Shown here: piece after piece, positions 30,063-44,114 of the stretch
Numbering within the stretch: position 1 is the stretch's first letter
Layout: the number at the start of each line of letters is the position of its first letter
NCBI RefSeq assembly: GCF_006345805.1
Contig: NC_042997.1
Location: forward strand, 105,586,001-105,650,000
DNA: 64,000 nt
From: Octopus sinensis
Lineage: Eukaryota
Reading direction: 5' to 3'
Made by a program: the position numbers and the translations under genes
The notes under the pieces: model-generated
Database searches by the model: none
What the model was told of the DNA's origin: nothing
What the model saw: the letters and a program-made list of their open reading frames with translations, nothing else

Positions 30063-30150
<88 letters not shown>
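29850..30150. repeat. (TA)n and (ATT)n microsatellites
   Basis: Read directly. Confidence 0.93.
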
Positions 30151-30734
30151 AATAAAATAGAACATATGCATATATATAAACATATATGTACGTACCTACC
30201 TCTACATGTACATATACACACATATATGTGTACAGGACACCAAAAAGACGTCGAACACATAGAGAGACGAAACACATAGACACAAACCAAGGAACAAGAC
30301 AAGCAAAAAAAAAAAAGAGAGATACAGGACAATAAGCACAACGAAAAATCCCCTTCTTCAGTCGCTAAGGTTTCATCTACTAAACGTTTCGAAGGATAAA
30401 AGCGAGACGTATACTTCGAAGAAAACTTCCTTCCCGCGAAAAGCAAATCAATTAAAATTCTGAGATCTTTTCGCAGAGGGGTAAAAAAAAGGCAAGACGG
30501 TAACGACAGTACAAACATATAAACAGTAAAAAATATATATATAAACAGTGGAAAAATAAATATATAACAGTGAGAGACAGGACAAGGAGAACAAGATAAG
30601 AAGGGCTGTTAACGCCAGACGAAAAAAGTATTGCAAACGCTGGATTATCGTGGACGACGAGAGAGAGAAAATGTGTCGACCAGTAGCCTTAGAAGGCGGG
30701 CGAGTACCCATATATATGTGTATATATATACATT

Positions 30735-30779
<45 letters not shown>

Positions 30780-30914
30780 TAAAAATAAACATCATTAAAA
30801 ATTTTGAAGACACACGTGCACGCGCACGCTCACACACAGGCTCACACCCACACACGTATGAATATATATACATTTGCTTACATAGATAGACACGTAAATA
30901 TAAAATAAATGTGA

Positions 30915-31398
30915 AAGTGTGACTGTGTAGTAAGGAGCTTGCATCCCAACTACATGGTTTCGGGTTCAGTCCCATTGCGTGGCACCTTAGACAAATGTAT
31001 TCTACAATAGCCTCTGGTCGACCAAAGCCCTTCTGAGTGGATTTGTTCGGTTAAAAGGAGCATCTTGAAACGGACGTACGGCATCGCCTCTTGATATCCT
31101 GTTGCTTTGCATCAGCATGGCCACAGCTCTGAGCTGAAACTAGAGAAAAAAAATATATATATATATACATATGTGTGTGTGTTTGTGTGTATCTGTGTGC
31201 CTGTGCTTGTCCTCCCAACTATCGCTTTACAACCGATGTTAGTGTGTTTACGTTCTCGTAACTTAGCGGTTCTGCAAAAGTGACCGATAGAATAAGTACC
31301 AGGCTTACAAAGAATGAGTCGTGGGGTCGATTCATTTGACTAAAGATTGTGCTCCTGCATGGCTGCAGTGACTGAAATAAGTAAAAGAGTAAAAGAGT
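30915..31398 (+). mobile_element. Long tRNA-derived SINE interrupted by another SINE tail
   Basis: gggttcagtccc B box; extra catggccacagctctgagctgaaactag segment at about 31050-31145. Confidence 0.8.
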
Positions 31399-32010
31399 AC
31401 CGATCTAAGTGACCACTGTATTCATTAAATATTGTATATTACTACAAACATATACGGGTATATATTATTGCTAATGAGCCCGAATTTTGAATACCATCAA
31501 GGAATTCAATATAATAGGTTAGTTTTTATGTTTTTCACTAAGATTCTGACTGCCTGAGAAAATTACTTATGCAGAAACGTTTCAAAATCCAGATACGTAT
31601 TGTGAATTAAAAGATCTAAAAGAAACAATTCTGTTCAATGTAGGCGACATATTTTTAAGGAACTTCTAAAATACGACTAAACAAATATATTATAAAGGAC
31701 GAGATTCAACTCTGTATTGTTGGAAACATTGTAAACATGATGAAGCGTTGTAAGGTTGTTGAAAACTATATACTTAGATCTTTACCCTGCTATTCTCGTT
31801 AATGTTCGTGTGTGTATGTGTGCGGGCGTGTGTGCGCCTATGTGCCTGTATGTGTGTTTTTATGTATGAATGTGTACATGGGTGTATGTGTGCTATGTTA
31901 TATACGAATATAAATTATAACTCGACAAAAATTACCAAAGTTTTTTGGAAAGTTTTCATGATTTAAGTTTCATTTTTGTTTAGATTAAATGCTAAAGAAA
32001 GCATTCGTGT

Positions 32011-32041
32011 TGTAATAATAATAATGGTAATAATAATAATG

Positions 32042-32085
<44 letters not shown>

Positions 32086-32278
32086 GGTACTTATTTTATC
32101 GACTCCGAAATGGTGAAAGGGAAAGCTGACTTTGGCGGAATTTGAACTCTGGACGTAGCTGCAGACGAAATACCTGTAAGCACTTCGCCCGGCATGCTAA
32201 CGATTCTGCCAGCTCACCGCCTTAATAATGATTATAATAATAATAATAATAATAATGATAATATAATAATAATAATAA

Positions 32279-32319
<41 letters not shown>

Positions 32320-32524
32320 GGTACTTATTTTATCGACTCCGAAATGGTGAAAGGGAAAGCTGACTTTGGCGGAATTTGAACTCTGGACGTAGCTGCAGAC
32401 GAAATACCTGTAAGCACTTCGCCCGGCATGCTAACGATTCTGCCAGCTCACCGCCTTAATAATGATTATAATAATAATAATAATAATAATGATAATAATA
32501 ATAATAATAATAATGATAATAATG

Positions 32525-32599
<75 letters not shown>

Positions 32600-32630
32600 T
32601 AGTGATGACGATGATGATGATAATTTGCAA
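32011..32630 (-). repeat. (AAT)n tract containing two identical SINE copies (234-bp tandem duplication)
   Basis: actggtacttattttatcgactccg..accgccttaat starts at 32083 and 32317 with no visible difference. Confidence 0.92.
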
Positions 32631-33214
32631 TTACTTGTGGATGTATGTCGTAGTGAAATTGCTATAAAATAGGAGGGATGAACACATACATGCGCGCGCA
32701 CGCAAAATATAATAACACAAAAGCGCAATACAATATATTATGATTGATTAAAAATCATAAAACAAACATATATATATATATTTCAGTTTGAAACCACAGG
32801 CAAAAAGATCAGAAAGTGCCACCTACGTAGTATCAGGCAACGTATCTGACACGTAATTCAATCACCACCGACTCTCTCAATGCGGTACACATCTGTACAG
32901 ACTAGTAGTAGCCCTTTGCCGGTTGATGGGGAGTCCTAAAACAATAAGGTAATCCAGAACATTTACCCACTTCATGATCTGGACGCCCGTATATTCCATA
33001 CTCGACTGCACGTTGCAGGTTATCTGCATGCAAAATACATGCGCATATTGTGTCCCACAAGTCGAAGACCAACGGTCAACGTTACTATTAACACATCTAA
33101 CCGAAAATCTCGTATTTGGTTTCTGTCTCTGAGCAACTGTGTACACCAATAGTTTTGCCTCTCTTCTAGCTTCGTAGTAAGATTTGAGAATTTGGCAAAT
33201 GCACTAATAGGCTC

Positions 33215-33521
33215 CTGTTGTTTGTTCCTTCTCGATCCACGCCTGGCTCATTAGGGCCGGTTTCCCGGTTTCTTTGGCGTATAGGTTCCCCACCTGGACG
33301 GGACGCCAGTCCGTCGCAGGTGAGCTGCAAGATGCAGGAGGAAAGAGTGAGAGAAAGTTGTAGCGAAAGAGTCAGCAGAAGTTCGCCATTAACTTCTGTC
33401 GGAGCCGTGTGAAGCTTAGGTGTTTTTACTCATAAACACACATCGTCCGGTCTGAGATTCGAACCCGCAATCTCTCGACCGCAAGTCCGCTGCTCTAACC
33501 ACTAGGCCATGTACCTCCACA
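33215..33521 (-). mobile_element. Full-length tRNA-derived SINE with 13-bp target site duplication
   Basis: cactaataggctc at 33202-33214 and 33522-33534; gattcgaacccg B box. Confidence 0.9.
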
Positions 33522-33719
33522 CACTAATAGGCTCTTACATACACACAAACGCGCACACACACATGCGCGCACTCACACACACATATACACGCACAAAATA
33601 GAAGCACGCAGGGCACGCGACGCATTTCTAGTCCTTAGAATTTCATGCTATTCAATTCTTAAAGGCAACAGCTCTTCTCACGACTTTAACAGGACGAGAC
33701 GAGTGCAGACTCATCACGT

Positions 33720-34135
33720 TGTGATGTAGTGAGTGACAATGACGACAACGACGATGACGATGATGATGATGGATACGACTACTATGATTAGGAATAAATA
33801 TTTTTTTAAAAGTACAAAAATGCGATGAAAGAAATGCATGCAGAAGAACAAAGATGTGCGGCGAAGAAGAAGAAGAAGAAGAAGAAGAAGAAGAAGAAGA
33901 AGAAGAACAACAACAACAACAACAACAACAAGAAGAAGAAAGAAGAAGAAGAAGAAGAAGAAGAAGAAGAAGAAGAAGAAGAAGAAGAACAAGAACAAGA
34001 ACAAGAAGAAGAAGAAGAAGAAGAAGAAGAAGAAGAAGAAAGAAGAAGAAGAAGAAGAAGAAGAAGAAGAAGAAGAAGAAGAATTCCAACAACAATAAAA
34101 ACATCTGTAAGCAACAACGTAGTAGTAGTAAAAGG
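33720..34135. repeat. (GAT)/(GAA)/(CAA) microsatellite block
   Basis: Read directly; source of the poly-E/K/R ORFs. Confidence 0.95.
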
Positions 34136-34744
34136 AAGTAACTGAAATGAAGAGAATTCTTCACGACATTTATTTTAGGTAACATCAGTAGAGGAAAAAA
34201 GTGTTGATTTGAAATATCACAGAAGTTGGTCCGGTGATAAAGTTCAAATATGTTTGAATTCCACCCCAAACTGTTTATACTGTTTTGATTTGGTGAATAT
34301 ATAAGTATCAAATGGTTAGAGATAATAGAAATAAACATAACAGTTTATCAGTCTAAATCAGATTACAATAAGCATCTAAGGATAGTAACCGCTGACCGCT
34401 TTAAACAAAGACGGCCATTTTATATGTCAATACCCAGCCAGTATGAAGCTTCGCTGACTGTTCCTTGACGCCAGCGAACTAAGGGAAACATTTAAAGATG
34501 TCTTCAATTACACAGACAAAATCGGGTTTTAATGAATCTGCTGATATCGTTTGATAATTTTTTGTTCATCGTACTATGTACATCATTCTCGTAATAAACA
34601 GACAAAGGAACATTTACAAGCAGGCACACACGTTCGGGCTCACAAGACTAACACATATACCCAGGCCAACACACAAATTTCTATACAATAGCATTCATGT
34701 ATAGTCATACATACATATATACATACACACAAACACACATGTTC

Positions 34745-34970
34745 TTTTATTCTTTTATTCTATAAACCTTTTAATTGCTTCAATCATTAGACTGTAACCA
34801 AGCTGAAACATCGCCTTAAAGAGTTTTAGTCGAAGACCCCAGGACATATTCTTTGTAAACCTTGTACTTATTCAATCGTTTTCTTTTGCCGAACCACTAA
34901 TGTTACGGAAACGTAAACGCACCAACATCGGTTGTCAAGTCTGGTGGTGGGGAACAAAACAGACACAGAC
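34745..34970 (-). mobile_element. SINE 3' half
   Basis: ttttgccgaacc..gttacgg..gtaaacgcaccaacatcggttgtcaag is the reverse complement of the long-SINE body. Confidence 0.75.
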
Positions 34971-34973
34971 ACA

Positions 34974-35011
<38 letters not shown>

Positions 35012-35967
35012 CACAAACACAAAACACAACACACAACACACACACACACACACCCCACACACACACATATATATATAATATATATTCATATATATCTAAA
35101 TTTATATATTATATACTTTTAAATATATATTTTTTTAATGGATGAATGTGAGTTCGTCCCTTAAATGGAGTCATTTCCAGCGATTTCTAACGTTGCTTTA
35201 CATACTTTACTCTTGAATTTAGTAATGTAAATTCATAAATGTATGAAAACTTATATAGAAGTAATCAGTATAGGATTTAACTTATTAAACACAGCTCAAC
35301 AAATTCAATCATGTTTATGTAATGGAGGATGTTAGATGTTAAAATGTATTATAGCTTTTATTATTTATGCTGCTATACAATTTGTTTCAGACAAAAAAAC
35401 TAAGATATTCATAATAGAAAATCGGAATAGACAAATGTGTACTCCTCATCGGTAGCTGGGATAGAAGCTAAAAAGGACATTAGAAGTACATAGATTTTCC
35501 CTTAGTACTCATATTGTACTAATGTGTTCATTCATGGAGTCATGCCTATGTTAAACAAGACTCTTGTTTAAAATTTGACTTCCGATTTTCTATTACGAAT
35601 AACTGAGCCTTTTTTGTATGAAACAAATTGTATAGAAACATAAATAATAAAGACTATAACCCGTTTTAATATATAATCTCCTCCATTACATAAATATGAA
35701 TGAATTTATAAAACTGTGTTTAATAAGTTAAATCATATACTGATTATATATATACATATACACACATACACACACACACGCATATATATATATATATATA
35801 TATATATGACGGTCTTACAGTCTCCGTCTACCAAATTCACTCGCAAGAAGCCATCTAGTTCAGAAGCAAGCTTCTTACTACACACCTATGACTGTGCTTG
35901 CTTCTGTACGTATGTGTGTATGAGTGTGTGCATGTGTGTGTGCATATATATATGTATATACATACAT

Positions 35968-36042
<75 letters not shown>

Positions 36043-36043
36043 A

Positions 36044-36076
<33 letters not shown>

Positions 36077-36521
36077 GAGAGTGTGTATAACTGGTGCATA
36101 AGAAGACTCGTTAGCGCGTCTTACGGCGTTTAGATTCTGCCGAGTTAGACTTTGCTATATATCTTTTCACCGTTGATAAACTAAGTACCTGTTGAGCAAA
36201 GTAATCGATTAACCCTTCCCCCTCTAGATTGCCTCTCATACGTGCACACACACGAACAAACACAAACACACACATTTATAGATACAGATACAGTGATCTC
36301 TCACGTTAAAAAAGTAACGCGCTCATAAAATCTCGCTACGACGTTAAAATTCCGCAATGCGAAATCGTTTTCCCTATTGATATTTCTTATATCTAACGAA
36401 GTGGGATGAGTTCCGATACATTATTTTGAGAACTACACCAAAAAGAAAAGAAAAAGCTGAGCGGTTATTATTGAAGACGTGGCAGTCCTATACAAGGACG
36501 ATGTTATACAGACTCACAATT

Positions 36522-36554
<33 letters not shown>

Positions 36555-37256
36555 CATATATACACACACACACATATATTAGTGTGTATAGTATGTATAT
36601 ATATATATATGTGTGTATGTATGCATGTTCGTATCTGTTTGAAGTTCCTGTCATGTATCTAAGACTCCAAACCTATATTTCTTCCTATTATATATAGGAG
36701 GAAATATATATTTTCCTCTGCCTTTCTTTGTCATTGGTATATAAAAGGCTTGCTTCAAGTGATGAATTTGGGTGACATCAGCTGATTGTCATTCTCCGTC
36801 CCACTCGACTTTTATATCCATTCATTTCTAATCACTATACAAATAAATAATATGCGATGTTATGTGTGTGTGTGTGTTTCCGCTTTTAAACAAGAATATT
36901 CGAGAGGGATATATTCTCGGAGATTGATTCGCGAGGTGACTTGTAATAGATATTAAATTCATACGTTATATATCTGAGCTACGTTCATAAGATTTTTATA
37001 ATTCACATCAAAACATGTGTTGTACCATTTCTTCGCGGTGCATTTCTTTTAAGCAGTTAACATAAATATTACAATATGATGTAAAGACTCTTGTGCGTTA
37101 TGATGTTTGATGAAAATTTTTAAATTAATTTAATCTTTCTTTTTGTTTCGAAATAAAGAAAACTAAAACTCGGCGGTAAATCTTAGCGATTCTGAAATTA
37201 AAGCGTAATAAGAGAATTAATTTCACATAAAGAAATTATATATTTACGGATATAAT

Positions 37257-37322
<66 letters not shown>

Positions 37323-37389
37323 GAATTTATCTGTGAAATCAGGTCAACAAAAAGAGTACTCCATCTGGCTAGAGTAAAATATTGTTTTT

Positions 37390-37539
37390 TATGATCATCT
37401 CACATATATAAAAGACGCTACTAATAGTTTCACGTACATGGGATCCACGTATGTTATTTAGCACGCCTGAAGAACGTACGTTGGGGCCTTTGTATTTGAA
37501 ACTATTAATAGCGTGGTTTATATATGTGAGGTGATCATA
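37390..37539. repeat. 42-bp imperfect inverted repeat, 66-bp spacer (MITE-like)
   Basis: Arms 37390-37431 and 37498-37539 with 4 mismatches. Confidence 0.8.
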
Positions 37540-37565
37540 GCAAACTATATATATATATATATATA

Positions 37566-38205
37566 CAAGGTTATCGAAAAGCAATATTTTAATAAGGAAA
37601 AGCAATAGAAAACTCCAGATAAGTCACAAGTATTTACTCACAATCAACTTCTATTTCCTATCTTACAAGTGTTCAATGTGGCCACCACCTGCACCACAGG
37701 CAACAACAATGCGATAAGAGAACTCTTCCCAGAAGCGTATCAGCATTTCTCGAGCCACAAAATTGGCACCTTATGATTTGAGCTTTTTTAAATAAAAAAA
37801 AGTGCACCGGCGATGGATTGGTCGAAAAGGAGTCCACGCCTTGCTCTTTGTGGTTGGTCTGTGAGATCCTCAGACCTCACCGTGTATGATTTTTTTGTAG
37901 TGGGGAAATGTAAAAGATCATGTTTATGTTCCACCGTTACTCACTAACCTTGATGACGTTAAACATCGAATAATAACAGCGATCAACGCAGTAGATCATG
38001 ATATGTTTATACGCGTCTGGGAGGAATTCTCTTATCGCATTGATGTTTGCCCCTGCTGAAAGTGGTGATCATATTGAACACTTGTAAGACAGGATAAAAG
38101 AGTTGATCGTGAGTAGACACTTGTGATTTAGCTGGAGTTTTCTGTTGCTTTTCCTTATTAAAATATTGCGCAATGAAATCGGTTCATTCGTTTTGAATAA
38201 TCCTG
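37566..38205 (+). mobile_element. Non-autonomous Tc1/mariner (rosa/DD41D-like) derivative with ~190-bp TIRs
   Basis: TA on both sides; internal RWIGR..SDLT.YDFF..G.VKDHVYVPP..RVWEEFSYRIDVC..GDHIEHL; left arm is an inverted copy of the right arm. Confidence 0.85.
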
Positions 38206-40213
38206 TATATATATATATATATATATATGGCCTTGTGGCCAGGATGTTGCACTCACTGCGATACCTGACGTGTGGTACAACGTGGACCTGTCCAGGCAAC
38301 TTGAAGGACAAAGTGAGCTAATGAACAGCACATGCGTTTGACCAGTATAAATAAATCAGTTGTGCAGGTTGTTTGGCAGAAGCTGAACGCTCGTACGTTG
38401 TCTTCGACGGGAAAGTCGTAGTAAAAGTCTAAAGTCCGGGTTAGATGCAAAGTTAGGGTATTTCCCTGAATACAGAGCTATGAACACAGTCGGGTTCCAT
38501 GCGAAAGCCGGAATTCCTCAGGTGTAGAACATCCAAAACATCTCGAAAATTGAGATGGCAAAACATTCTTTGTCGGGATTTCAATTCTTTTAATAATCAT
38601 ACTTTACACACACACACACACACACACTCTCTCTCTCTAACACACACACACACAAGCACATATATATGCATATGTGTGTGCGTGTGTGTGTGTGTATGTG
38701 TGCCCGCTTGTGTGTGTGTGTGTGTATTTTTAATTTATGCATATGAGAATAGATAATCATTTTTATAATATAATATTGCAGAGAGGATTTACTTGGCGCT
38801 TAGAATTCTTTGACTTGTCACTGCTGACAGGCATATTAAAGGTTCGTCATGACTGATCTGTTCTGTTTCTGGTGGATCTGTGCCAGTAACCAGATCGTAG
38901 ATGTTCGCACGATATAATATAGTAAACAACTACAGTAAAATAATACAAAAGTGAAACTAATAGTAACAGTATATCTGTAGCTTAAATGCCTCTTCCATAG
39001 TGTAATTGCTTCAATTGCAATGCGCCACCACAGATCAAATCTCCTGCCAAGGAACTCAAGTACTTTGACCTTTTCTTTATGTTTTCATTGGATGTTTCGT
39101 GTGTCTTTATTACTAAACACAATTGCATAATATATGGAAATATTATTTTACATGAAACTGTTAAATACACTCTAGTGTCTAAAAGATATTAGAAACGGAA
39201 AATCAAAATGAAATGACAATACATATAATATACTATTGGGAGTTAAAGTCAATATACAGAAGGATTCATTATGTGTAATGTAAGATTATTCATAGACATG
39301 CTGGCACCATGTTACGATTGTCGTGTTGGTGACTCGAATCTGCGATCCAGTTTCGAACTACGTAGATTGTTAAACAAAGTTGGTATAATATGTAAGATAT
39401 AAAAGCATTTCCAAATTCCTGAAGCGTTTATGTAAAAGTCCCTGTTTTTATCATTAAATTGATGAGAGACAAACCTGTACTTTGGATACGATACTGGATT
39501 AATACTAACATCACACAAGGAAGTTCTATAACAGATAACATGAAATTTGACACAAAATTAGAAACTGCTTAAATAGAGAAATTTGAATTCACTATGCAGT
39601 GAATTTATTTAACCTCTCATATTCTTCTTAGTCCACTAAGTTGTACCTTAAGTTGTACCTTAACACAAGGTATGGCTTTTCTTTATGCTACTCAGACACA
39701 TCAAAGATTTAAAAGCCCTGGAGAAAGCCAAAACAGCACGACCTAGTTGTTTATATTTATGTCAAATCTACACGTTTCTCATATCATGCTTATCGAATCT
39801 GTCCTTCATCGCTTTACATCAGTAATAATGAATCTACAGTATTCAGCAACATCGCAAGATAAAAAAAATATAGAAATATTTATCCGAAACTAAAACACAC
39901 GGAAAGAAGTAAATGACTTCCAGGAGTTTGCTTTTAAGGGTTGGCCATCAGTACTTTGCGCAATGATAAACTCTCATAAACATACAGATACCACACACAG
40001 AAGATGCATATACAGCCGAATTACTTTGAGGCGAAAACTTTCTTATAACAATTACTATTTGATAACATTAACCAGAGAGTATGGAATTCTCTAATTTTGA
40101 TGAAAATATCCGATTGATGAGATTTTACGTGATTGTAATAAGCGGCTTCCGCTGATCTCAAAACTGGGCTCAACACGTTTACTATATTCTCTGTGATTGT
40201 AAAGAACATATTG

Positions 40214-40578
40214 ATTTCAAATTTTGCCACAAGGCCAGCAATTTCGGGGAGGAGGTTAGTCGATTACATCGACCTTAGTGCTTGACTGGTACTTATTTTA
40301 TTGATCCCGAAAGGAGGAAAGGCAAAGTTGACCTCAGAGGAATTTGAAATCAGATCGTGAAGACAGAAAAAATACCGCTGAGCATTTCGTCCGGCGTGCT
40401 AACAGTTCTACCAGCTCGCCGCCTTAATACAGGTACTACTTATTTTTGCCAGCTGAGTGGACTAAAACAACGTGAAATAAAGTGTCTTGCTCAAGGACAC
40501 AATAGCGTTGCCGGGAATTGAATTCACGATCTTACGATCGTGAGCCGAATACCCTAACTATCAAGCCAAGCGCATTCA
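40214..40578 (-). mobile_element. Two abutting tRNA-derived SINEs
   Basis: 40214-40426 matches the 7746 family; 40428-40578 matches the head of the 13093 family. Confidence 0.82.
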
Positions 40579-42125
40579 CAGATTTTTACAGAACATATTG
40601 AATAGAGTAAATGACAAACACTTTGTGAGTATTAAGAAGCTCCATATCGCGTCAACGCAAAGAAACGACAAAACTAGTATACAAATGAGACATTAAATCT
40701 GTCACGGCTTATACCATTTATTCACACTCACATTCGCACAAACCACAGCAAACTACACATAACAGAAACTGAAGCATTTTGTATCATCTTACGATGCACA
40801 CAAGACGCACTCACGGTCATACACAGAACCAGAGTCAGAAATCTATTACCCTCCCCACGCACCATGACATGTTTAACACGATAAAACAGAACAAACTAAA
40901 ACAACGTAGTTGTAGGCTGTTTGTTCCAAAAATTACTAAAAGGTATATAAGCGTTAACAACAAAGGAACACCAGCTCCAACACTTACATCGATTTCTGGT
41001 TTCGCGCCTTTGCTCTTGCTGGTAGCACACACACAAACATACGCACGCACACAAAATACTTGACACAACAGTAGGAGAAAAGCTTATTCGCACTGTAAAA
41101 TTTTAATACGTGTTATAAACGACCACAAGTGAAACCGACAAAGTATATTCCTCTATATGATGGAGGCACTACTTACCTGAAAACGCAGATCTGTAGTAGT
41201 AGTAGTAAGTTGCTTTGTTGACTTGCTTATTGGGTATAGGCACATACAATAGGGACTGACTGGGTGAATTCTCCTTCTAAATAAATAAGTCGATGGAAGA
41301 ACGACAGTGACCATGAACGTTGCAGGCCTTATTACATCGATGATTTTGATGTAGTGATATTCCGATTTTACAGTGTGCGAAGTTAAACAACGTTGGCTGC
41401 ACTATTGGAAGAAGTATTTTACCTGAAACTAGAGAGCTGTTAAGAAGGAAGATATGTAAGCATAAAGAGTGAAGGTGTCTACTCTGTATTTTAAATAAAT
41501 TTTAGAGTTATTATCACATCGTAAGTTGACGCTCTGTGAAAGAAAATTTCAACTAATTTTGTTTGGTAGGGGTAGGGATATGAATTTTTGTATACGCTCT
41601 TTTTGCACTTATCGATGGGAAATCTCGATTACGAAGTTTGCGATAATAGTAAAATTGACGTAGATAAGAAAATATGTTATCCCTGGTGAAAGCTGCCAAT
41701 ACAAGACATGATGACGTAATGCCTTTGTATTTTGTTTTCTTTCAAACATTACTTGAATATTACGTCCCATATAGACATCTTATAATTCACTGAGATACAA
41801 CGGATGTGAATCCAATGAATGCATTTCTTGTTATCGAATAATGATTATATTTAGGTATTCTTCATCTCTATACATGATGTAAATTGCTGTTTTGGCATGC
41901 GCAATTTTAGAATGTCTGTAGAAGAGAATTCCAGCAAGTCTGCCAGCCTATAACGTGCATAAACTCATAGAAGCACATCGTATATGTACACACTATACGT
42001 AAACCTACTGATAAACAACAGGGAAATAGTATCTAACGGCTGTCTATTGCTATTATTTCATTAAAATTAGCCACAAGGAATTTGTTGATGTATTTGCATT
42101 TGGTATTTCAGATCAGTTAATAAAA

Positions 42126-42560
42126 GTGAGGATTTGTGAAAAGAAACTTGCTTCCCAACCACATGGCCCCGGGTTCAGTCCCACTGCGTGGAATCTTGGG
42201 CAGGTATCTCTAATTTAGTCCCGCGCCTGCCGAATTGTTGTGAGTGGATTTAGCAAGCGGAGGTTGAAAGAAGCCTGTCGTATACATATGTATGCGGTGT
42301 GTGTGTTTGCATGTGTGTGATTGAGTATGTGCATGCGTGTGTGTGTCCGTGCATCATTGCGTACGTGCTTGTCCCTCACACGATCACTTGACAACCGGAC
42401 TACGTTTTGTATGTCCCTGTAACCTAGCGGTTCGGCAAAACAGACCGATAGAATAAGTACCAGGCTTTAAAAAAATGCAGGGATCTATTCATTCGACTGA
42501 AAACCCTTCAAGGTGATCTCCCAGCATCCCCGCAGTCCAATGACTGAAACAAGTAAAAGA
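42126..42560 (+). mobile_element. Long tRNA-derived SINE
   Basis: gggttcagtcccactgcgtgg B box; gactgaaacaagtaaaaga tail. Confidence 0.85.
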
Positions 42561-42619
42561 TACACACACACACATGACCCACGGACACACACATACGCAA
42601 TTATACACTTACAAACACA

Positions 42620-42672
<53 letters not shown>

Positions 42673-42679
42673 GTTTATG

Positions 42680-42900
42680 AATTTGTGTTGCAAGATTCTT
42701 GGTGTGAAGTCGGGTGTTGAAACAGATATTGTTGTATTTCGGGATGGTTACTGGGTTTTTTGTTTGTTTGTTTTTTTTTGCCAAATAAACATACACACTA
42801 TATATTCGTTCTCTACTCGTTTATTACTGTTCTTATTCTAACTCATGTCCATTGCCCGGAAATTTTCGTCACACATCTGTGACTTCCTCGGCGACACTAA
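42680..42900 (-). mobile_element. Short PLE-derived repeat ending in a decayed minimal hammerhead (42853-42896)
   Basis: Minus: tgtcg-CCGAGGA-a-gtcaca(gatg)tgtgac-GAAA-atttc-cgggca; body homologous to 43545-43760. Confidence 0.6.
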
Positions 42901-43506
42901 AAGATAAATGAGAAATATAAAAATAAAATAGGGACGTAAAAAAAACGTATGAATGGCACAGATACAAACAACAATAGAAGCTATCCCATATATTTACACA
43001 AACACACATACGGCAACTTCACTGAGGGCCACAACAATATTAACAACATGACTAACAACAATGGCAACAACAGCAATAACAAACACGATGGCAGCAGCAG
43101 GGAGCGAACACCAACACAGTCATTTACAAGAACGGTACAAAATGACGGACTCAAGGGCAGCAGCAGCGACAACAGGGTAGGAGACGGGGCTAAGGAGAAG
43201 GTCATAGTCCTACTAAGAAAAATGATACACACGAACAAGCACGTGTACACACAAACGTACAAACACAGACACACAAGCGCATATAAAGATGCACATCATA
43301 GGGGAACAGAATGGAATAAGCAGATCAAGAGCGCACACGAAGACAGAAAGTGTCGCTGAGAAGGTCACAGATGTATAACGAAAGATTTCCGGACAATAGA
43401 CCAAAGTTAGAATGAGAACGATGTAATAAATGAATGAAGAACGAATATATATATATTATATATATATATATCTATATATATATATATATATATAATATAT
43501 ATATAT

Positions 43507-43541
<35 letters not shown>

Positions 43542-43544
43542 AAT

Positions 43545-43760
43545 ATTTGTTGTGCAAGAATTTTATGTGAAGTCGTGTGTTGAAGCAGATATTGTTATAT
43601 TTCAGAATGGTCATATTGCCAGTTTAGCCAATAAAAACACACGCACTATATATTTGGTGTTATTTTGCTTCAGTGTTATTTATTTTTTACATTAATCTTA
43701 ATCTTATTTCTGCCAGAGTTCTTTCGTCACACTCCTGTGACCGCATCAGTGGTCCTTTGT
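43545..43760 (-). mobile_element. Short PLE-derived repeat ending in a near-intact minimal hammerhead (43711-43753)
   Basis: Minus: acca-CTGATGC-g-gtcaca(ggag)tgtgac-GAAA-gaac-TC-tggc; A9 is changed to C. Confidence 0.68.
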
Positions 43761-44074
43761 TTTCTTCTTTCTTATTTGTGTCTCTCCTTACTAACCGTCA
43801 GCCATTTTGTATTTCTATTGTATGTTTTCATTTGCGCATGCTTATATATCTATGTGCGTCTATGTTTATTTAGTGTGTGTATGTGGGGAAATGCCTGTAA
43901 TATTTGTATCTTCTGTTTATATACGTTCATGTAATTTGTATTTTGTTTTTGTTGTTGTTGTTTTTGTTTATTCTTATTTTGTTCATGTATTTACATCCAC
44001 TTATTATTATCATTACATATGCTTGTATGTATGTATAACAACAATACTAGTAATAATAATATTAAATCGAATCG

Positions 44075-44108
<34 letters not shown>

Positions 44109-44114
<6 letters not shown>

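Noticed and set aside
38226-38600. GC-richer block with TATAAATA, possible solo LTR or promoter
   Set aside because: No TG..CA ends, TSD, PBS or second copy in the window.
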